This document shows, one piece after another, positions 58,619 to 64,000 of a stretch of 64,000 nucleotides of DNA. The translations under genes were made by a program, and so were the position numbers. The DNA lies in assembly GCA_016861085.1 (NCBI GenBank), contig BOKR01000001.1, forward strand, positions 387,271 to 451,270, written 5' to 3'. How positions within the stretch are numbered: position 1 is the first letter of the stretch; each line of letters begins with the position of its first letter. Below the pieces are notes generated by a model, which was not told the origin of the DNA, did not search any database, and saw nothing but the letters and a program-made list of their open reading frames with translations. Source of the stretch: Patescibacteria group bacterium. Its GTDB lineage: Bacteria > Patescibacteriota > Microgenomatia > UBA1400 > PJMF01.

Positions 58619-59602
58619 CTATTCCTTTTTCATTATCTCCTGGAACGTGTTCTTTAACTTGCTATAATCGTGGCGAAGTAATGATCTGTGTGAAGTGTCA
58701 TGCTCTTTTTTCTGAATCAGTTGGTCGTATAGTAGTTTTGCTCTAACAGCACGAGTATCATTTTTAAGGTCATCAACAACCGGAAATTCGTTTGATTGCG
58801 CATATGTTTCTAACACAGCTTGAGGAATTTCTTGGTCATTTACCACAATATAATCAACCTCTTTGCCTAGAGCTGCCTCAATTTTTTGCACATGTTGTTG
58901 GGCGGACATTTCGTGGGTTTGGGTGAGTCTAGTCATGAGGTTTAAAACATAAATGATTTTTCCGGTGATTTGTGAAAAAATTTCTTTACCGTCGTCAACC
59001 GCTAGTGTTGCAAGTAAACTAGCATATAAATCTCCAGGCCCAATAATAATATAGTCTGCATGTAATAAAGCTTCTTTAGCTGGAGGATTGATTACACAGT
59101 TTGGAACCAACGATACTTTTTTAATTTTCTTTGGTTCTGGTGATTCATCATCTAAAATATGTTCTCCAATTGCTGTAGTACCATCTGAATAATGAATTTT
59201 GAGGTTTACATTACTAGCTGTTACGGGTATGACTGAACCATCAAGATTAAAAATTTGCTCTGCAATTTCGAGCGACTGCGTAGTGTTTCCAGTCATATCT
59301 TGCAGTGCTGTTAAAATGAGGTTTCCCAAGTTGTGGCCTTGTAATCCATTGCCTTTTGAAAATCGGTACAATAATAATTTTTGAATCCATTCTTGACTAT
59401 CTAAATCGGCAAGAGCAGCCAGTGATTGGCGCAAATCACCCACCGGTTGGAATCCAAATTCGTCTCTAATTCTTCCAGTAGATCCACCAGAATCTGAAAC
59501 TGACACAATCGCAGAAATATCAAAATCCAGTTTTTTAAGTGCGGTTACAACTGGAAAAGTTCCGGTTCCCCCACCCATAGTAACAACTTTGATTTTGTGC
59601 AT
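58619..59602 (-). CDS. YvcK/GlmR (UPF0052) UDP-GlcNAc-binding protein
   Basis: GGGTG, DSGGSTG..R, GDLR, GH.LGNL, GPG.LY.S, RHD. Confidence 0.9.
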   Translation of the reverse strand: MHKIKVVTMGGGTGTFPVVTALKKLDFDISAIVSVSDSGGSTGRIRDEFGFQPVGDLRQSLAALADLDSQEWIQKLLLYRFSKGNGLQGHNLGNLILTALQDMTGNTTQSLEIAEQIFNLDGSVIPVTASNVNLKIHYSDGTTAIGEHILDDESPEPKKIKKVSLVPNCVINPPAKEALLHADYIIIGPGDLYASLLATLAVDDGKEIFSQITGKIIYVLNLMTRLTQTHEMSAQQHVQKIEAALGKEVDYIVVNDQEIPQAVLETYAQSNEFPVVDDLKNDTRAVRAKLLYDQLIQKKEHDTSHRSLLRHDYSKLKNTFQEIMKKE

Positions 59603-59611
59603 GCTCTCTTT

Positions 59612-60844
59612 CTATTTTACTCTCGGGTGTTCCCCTGCAAGAATTTTGTTAATCGCGTCCACATCATTCCAAGGATATTCTACTCCAAAATATGCCATGC
59701 TCTGTTCGTGCCCTTTTCCAAGTACTACTACTGTGTCACCTGGTTTAGCTAACGAGTTAATGGCAAATTCAATTGCTTCGCCCCGTTCGGCAATAGAAAC
59801 AACCTTATTGTGGTTTGTTGTCAATTTTTCTTTCATCTGTCTGATAATTGACCAGACATCTTCATCTCTTGGGTCTTCAGCTGTGAAAACTGCTATATCA
59901 GCCAATTCTGTTGCAATCTTACCCATTTCAGGCCGCTTTGAGGCATCTCTTTGGCCAGCACAGCCAAACACAGCTATCAATTTTCCTGGATCTTTATTTT
60001 TGTGTATTTGTTCTTTTAGCGACCGCAAGGCAGAACGTAAACCTTGTGGTGTGTGTGCAAAGTCGACAACTAAGGTAAGGCGCTTTCTGTTTGGAATAAA
60101 TTGCATTCTACCGGGAACACCTTCAAAACTGTCGACAGCTTTACAATAGTCGGTATCATCAATATGCAAGAGCTTACTGAGTGCATATACCAATTTAGCA
60201 TTCATTTGGTTATAGCTTTCAGGGAAGCGTTTTTCAATGCTCTTTTGTACTTTTTTAGGGAGCTCACTTTCTTTTGAGTAAGTAACTAATTTAGTTGTTA
60301 GAAGTTTCTTTTTGAGGAATTGATAGGAATAATCATCTGCATTTACAACTGCTGTTGGTGCCTTCTGTAGGATGTTTGCTTTCGCAGCTAAATATTCTTG
60401 GTAGTTCAGGTGATAATCGAGGTGTTCATTTGCAATGTTAGTGACACCAGATAAAACTGGTTTTACACCCCAATCTCTATATTGATAACTACCGTGTGAA
60501 GTTACTTCAAGTACTAAATACTCGTAGTTTTGATTGACCATCTCCTTCATAAATTTCTGCAGGTCAGATGGCTGTGGTGAAGTGACATGAAAACCGGTAT
60601 CAATTGACTTATTTCCTAAATAAGCTGCAACGGTTGAAAGCAATCCTACCTTTTTCCCGGCTGTTTTAAGTACATGATATAACAATGTTGATGAAGTTGT
60701 TTTGCCATCTGTACCTGTAATTGTGATTATTTTAAGCTTGTTTGAAGGGAATCCATTTTGAATCTCTGCTTTTAGTCCATCTAATATGCCTGTCTTAATA
60801 AAATGATATGGACGCTTCAGTTTATAGAGTATTTGTTTGTACAT
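59612..60844 (-). CDS. murE: UDP-MurNAc-tripeptide synthetase (MurE)
   Basis: TGTDGKTT, EVTSH, EHLDYH, GRM, VDFAHTP, FGCAG.RD..KR, EDPR, GKGHE. Confidence 0.9.
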   Translation of the reverse strand: MYKQILYKLKRPYHFIKTGILDGLKAEIQNGFPSNKLKIITITGTDGKTTSSTLLYHVLKTAGKKVGLLSTVAAYLGNKSIDTGFHVTSPQPSDLQKFMKEMVNQNYEYLVLEVTSHGSYQYRDWGVKPVLSGVTNIANEHLDYHLNYQEYLAAKANILQKAPTAVVNADDYSYQFLKKKLLTTKLVTYSKESELPKKVQKSIEKRFPESYNQMNAKLVYALSKLLHIDDTDYCKAVDSFEGVPGRMQFIPNRKRLTLVVDFAHTPQGLRSALRSLKEQIHKNKDPGKLIAVFGCAGQRDASKRPEMGKIATELADIAVFTAEDPRDEDVWSIIRQMKEKLTTNHNKVVSIAERGEAIEFAINSLAKPGDTVVVLGKGHEQSMAYFGVEYPWNDVDAINKILAGEHPRVK

Positions 60845-60890
60845 AGATCCTATTATAACCATTGTTTATCAGAAAGAAATATGTTTACTC

Positions 60891-60919
60891 TTGACAAAGA
60901 TCACATTTGATCCTATAAT
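60891..60919 (+). promoter_or_regulatory. Perfect consensus sigma70 promoter
   Basis: TTGACA-17 nt-TATAAT. Confidence 0.8.
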
Positions 60920-61031
60920 ATATGATATAGTTCATATTGTAAGAAAACAAAGCGTTTTTAAAGTAGTATGAACTATAACATTCTTGCACATTAATATTCT
61001 TATTTTACTGTTTTTCAATAGATTTCTTTTT

Positions 61032-61076
61032 GTAGGCAGTAGTCTATGCATTTTTTTTGCATAGACTACTGCCTAC
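61032..61076. repeat. Perfect 19-bp inverted repeat with T7 loop
   Basis: GTAGGCAGTAGTCTATGCA-T7-TGCATAGACTACTGCCTAC. Confidence 0.9.
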
Positions 61077-61122
61077 TGTGGGCTGTCGAAGTGATGTTTT
61101 TTAAAAAATTTTAGGTGGAAAA

Positions 61123-61452
61123 ATGCGACTAAAAATAAAAGCGATTAGTGTAGAAATTAAGTCCTCTAAAAAGAACTTTGCTAAAACAAAATCTTTTTGG
61201 GAATCTATGCTTGGCATCAGATTTAAAAAGGAAGGAAAATTTGGTTGGACATATTTTGAGTTTCCAGTCAGATTTCAAATGTTTGATGATGATTCCCAAC
61301 AAGACTCCGTGGAAGTAATACATCTATGGGTGACAGGCCTTCCTACTGAAGATCAAATAGAAAAGTGGGGCGGCGACTTTATTAGGGGTGATAGATGGCG
61401 AGTCAGCTTCTTTGACCCCAATGGAACCCATGTATATTTGTATAAAGTATGA
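61123..61452 (+). CDS. Small VOC/glyoxalase-like protein
   Basis: FWESMLG, HLWV, FFDPNG pattern; AGGTGG upstream of ATG. Confidence 0.65.
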   Translation: MRLKIKAISVEIKSSKKNFAKTKSFWESMLGIRFKKEGKFGWTYFEFPVRFQMFDDDSQQDSVEVIHLWVTGLPTEDQIEKWGGDFIRGDRWRVSFFDPNGTHVYLYKV

Positions 61453-61477
61453 TGAAATAAGAAAAAAAGCAAGAATC

Positions 61478-61502
61478 GCGCCCCCTTTATGGGGGCGCTT
61501 TT
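61478..61502 (+). terminator. Intrinsic terminator
   Basis: GCGCCCCC-tttat-GGGGGCGC-TTTT. Confidence 0.75.
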
Positions 61503-61547
61503 CGTATCCTTTAAACTTAAACAAGAGTTATAAATTCAAACGAAAAA

Positions 61548-63353
61548 TCATTCATCCTCGGGCATCGTTGGACTTTGGATTGGTGCTATATTAAACAGTA
61601 AATAGAGCTTCCTTGCAATTTTGTGCCAAAGTGGGGCGGCGGTTTCCGCCGCCCAAGGTGACAACGTTGGTTCTACCAATTTTGTAATCATAATAAATTT
61701 TGGATTTTCTGGCGGAGCATAACCAACAAAACTTGCTATTGTTTTTTCATCATCATACCCTTTTTCAGTAACTACTTGAGAAGTTCCAGTTTTTCCAGCA
61801 ACGGGATATTGTTGTGAAGCAATCCACTGTGCTTCTCCATGTTGGGCTGCATTGACTAACATCTTTGTAACAGTACTAGCGGTTTCTTTAGAAATGATTC
61901 TTCCTTCACTAACCGGCTCATGGAGTATTTCTTCTCCAGTAGTTGTGTTTTTAACCGACTCAACTATCATTGGTCGCATCATTTCACCTTCATTAGCAAT
62001 AGCGTTTACAGCACGAAGTACTTGCATACTATTTGCAACAATACCCTGACCAAATGAGGTTGTGGCAAGCTTTACGTCTCCCCAATCACTTGGAAAAGGG
62101 GTATTACGATCTTCTTGTAAATCTATTTTGATTGCATCACCAATTTTAAATTTGCGTAAATATTCCTGAAATTTGTCTATACCAAGCTTCTCTGCAATAA
62201 AAATCATTGCAGTGTTGTCTGATTTTGCTAAACCTTCCTCCATGGTTATATTGGGCGTGTATTCATTATTCCAAGTTCTAATTGTATATTTACCATAAAC
62301 TCTTGGGCCGCTACAAATGTCACAGTGTGTTTCTGGTGTTATTACTCCTTCTTCAATGCCAGCAGATACAGTGAGTGTTTTTAAGGTTGAACCGGGCTCA
62401 TACAAGTCACTCAAGGTTGGATTTTTATGTGTTGTTGGATCAAATTTATAGAATTCTCTGGGAGCATAATTAGGATAAGCAGCTAAAGCCAATATTTTTC
62501 CTGTGCTTGGTTCCATAACAATCACTTCACCAGATTTAGCACCGTACAGTTCTACCGCTTTTTGTAGTTCTGATTCGACTAAATTTTGAACATCTCTTCT
62601 TATAGTTACAGTGATGCTCCTGCCATCAATTAATTGCTCTGTTGTGGAATTTTTTCCTGATAATTGTAATCCGAAAGCATCAGTTAAAATAGTGTTTTTT
62701 GCTGTTCTCGCCTTTAGTTCATTTTCAAGTGCGCCTTCTACTCCAAAGTAACCAATGTCTTGTCCTTGCTGATCCTTTCCGACAAACCCTGTCACATGTG
62801 CAGCCATTGAAGCTTCTGGATAATATCGACGTAAGTGTGTGTCAAAACCCAAACCATCTATTTTTAGTTCTTCAATAACTTGTTTTGTATGCTCTGAGAT
62901 GTTAGCTTTTATGCTTACCCATCGAGCATCTTTGGTTAGTTTTTGAAGAATTTGATCTTTGTATGTTTTTGCAAGTTCTTCCTTAATAGCACTTTGAGAA
63001 GCATCAACGTAATCGTCTAATTCGTTAAGAAGTAGTGGTAAGAGTTTATTGGTAACTGATTCGGGGGGTTCGGTTAGAATATGTGGTTGAGCAAACAGCG
63101 TGTATACTTGCTCATTTGAGACAAGTGTGTACCCGTCTGAGGTATAGATTGAGCCACGGTTGCCAGTGAGTGTTACAGATCTAGTATATTGGTCTTCTGC
63201 TTTTTGAGATAGATCGTCGTTCTTAAGAATCTGCCAATAGAATAATCTTGCTGTAACTGCTGCAAAGAGCAAATACAGAAAAAAAAGACTTATTTTTCCT
63301 CTTACAATGATGTTTGATTCATGCTGATGGGTTACTTTTCTTGGGACAATCAT
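61548..63353 (-). CDS. ftsI: Class B penicillin-binding protein (FtsI-like)
   Basis: N-terminal TM, RG.I, RYYP, G.E; STLK, SDN and KTG motifs; in dcw cluster. Confidence 0.9.
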   Translation of the reverse strand: MIVPRKVTHQHESNIIVRGKISLFFLYLLFAAVTARLFYWQILKNDDLSQKAEDQYTRSVTLTGNRGSIYTSDGYTLVSNEQVYTLFAQPHILTEPPESVTNKLLPLLLNELDDYVDASQSAIKEELAKTYKDQILQKLTKDARWVSIKANISEHTKQVIEELKIDGLGFDTHLRRYYPEASMAAHVTGFVGKDQQGQDIGYFGVEGALENELKARTAKNTILTDAFGLQLSGKNSTTEQLIDGRSITVTIRRDVQNLVESELQKAVELYGAKSGEVIVMEPSTGKILALAAYPNYAPREFYKFDPTTHKNPTLSDLYEPGSTLKTLTVSAGIEEGVITPETHCDICSGPRVYGKYTIRTWNNEYTPNITMEEGLAKSDNTAMIFIAEKLGIDKFQEYLRKFKIGDAIKIDLQEDRNTPFPSDWGDVKLATTSFGQGIVANSMQVLRAVNAIANEGEMMRPMIVESVKNTTTGEEILHEPVSEGRIISKETASTVTKMLVNAAQHGEAQWIASQQYPVAGKTGTSQVVTEKGYDDEKTIASFVGYAPPENPKFIMITKLVEPTLSPWAAETAAPLWHKIARKLYLLFNIAPIQSPTMPEDE

Positions 63354-63379
63354 CAAGAATAACTATACCACTAAGAGGA

Positions 63380-63670
63380 TTAGTTCGAAGCAACCGTTGT
63401 TGCTGATCCTAAAACCAGTGGTTTTGTAATAGGTATGTATTCAGAAAGATCGTATTCGCCACTTATTTGAGCAAGTGAGGCTTTGTGTGAGAATTCACTA
63501 CTTAATTTTAATTGCTGCTGTAATAAATTATTTTTTTGAACTTGTAATTGTGCAAGTTTTTTACCGTGATGCACTGAGAGTCCATTACTAAAAATAGTCG
63601 CAACAATTTTAACTCCAAGAACGAGTAATAGAATGGTGTAATAGAGTTTAATTGTTTTTGTGTTATTCAT
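63380..63670 (-). CDS. FtsL-like protein
   Basis: TM plus Leu/Gln coiled coil between rsmH and ftsI. Confidence 0.6.
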   Translation of the reverse strand: MNNTKTIKLYYTILLLVLGVKIVATIFSNGLSVHHGKKLAQLQVQKNNLLQQQLKLSSEFSHKASLAQISGEYDLSEYIPITKPLVLGSATTVASN

Positions 63671-64000
63671 GTGTCCCTTTTATAAAGACTCTCATTTTTG
63701 CGCTTCGGGCGCGGATATTTGTACTAATTTCAGCTTCAGAAGGAACCTCAGGCTTTTTTGTCTCATTCTTGCCCAAATTTCTAGATTCCCAAGACTTAAA
63801 TGTATGTTTTACAATTTTGTCTTCTCCTTCATGGAATGCGATCGTGACTATTTTTCCTCCGTAATGTAGGACATTGAGTGCTTGTGGCAGCATGTCTGTA
63901 ATGTTGTCAAGTTCTGTGTTTACGGCAATTCTGAGTGCTTGAAAGACCTTAGTTGCAGGATGTAACTTACCTTTTTGTCTTCCTTTGACTTTACTTACCA
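63663..64000 (-). CDS. rsmH: 16S rRNA m4C1402 methyltransferase, 3' part (runs off window)
   Basis: HPATKVFQALRIAVN.EL, AFHEGED.IVK, N.RARSAKMR. Confidence 0.93.
   Translation of the reverse strand, partial: VSKVKGRQKGKLHPATKVFQALRIAVNTELDNITDMLPQALNVLHYGGKIVTIAFHEGEDKIVKHTFKSWESRNLGKNETKKPEVPSEAEISTNIRARSAKMRVFIKGTHE

Noticed and set aside
1-64000. Many short antisense or overlapping ORFs in the track (e.g. 49511-50155, 59589-60149, 33954-34412, 25883-26350)
   Set aside because: Shadows of well-supported genes; no motifs or expression signals
1-64000. CRISPR array, rRNA genes, IS/integrase
   Set aside because: No regularly spaced direct repeats, rRNA-like sequence or recombinase motifs seen
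1-64000. TGA recoding (genetic code 25)
   Set aside because: Conserved genes are full length under code 11 and several end in TGA at the expected place (ftsZ, ftsW, rsmH)

Overview
AT-rich, gene-dense bacterial chromosome segment using the standard code 11. The gene content and compact organisation suggest a Patescibacteria/CPR (Microgenomates-like) genome; this is an inference. Most of the window is housekeeping: purF-like, rplS-yraN, pyrG, dnaE, gatCAB, lemA-htpX, lepB, parB, rplU-(Trm11-like)-rpmA, rodA, type-2 ileS, PNP and a dcw cluster (rsmH-ftsL-ftsI-murE-yvcK-murC-murB-murA-mraY-ftsW-murG-ftsQ-ftsA-ftsZ), plus four tRNAs (Glu, Asp, Thr, Gly). Five signals stand out. (1) A GC-richer three-gene island beside tRNA-Thr encodes membrane-anchored proteins, including an M23 + TM-hairpin + lytic-transglycosylase-like fusion. 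(2) That island sits behind a ~330-nt multi-hairpin leader with boxA-like motifs. (3) A similar 'consensus promoter - hairpin - boxA-like - hairpin' leader recurs at two other loci. (4) A transcriptional Ile T-box with a very short Stem I controls an unknown ORF plus ileS. (5) Many genes have a -10 box 6-8 nt before the start codon, suggesting widespread leaderless mRNAs. No CRISPR array, rRNA, integrase or transposase was seen.
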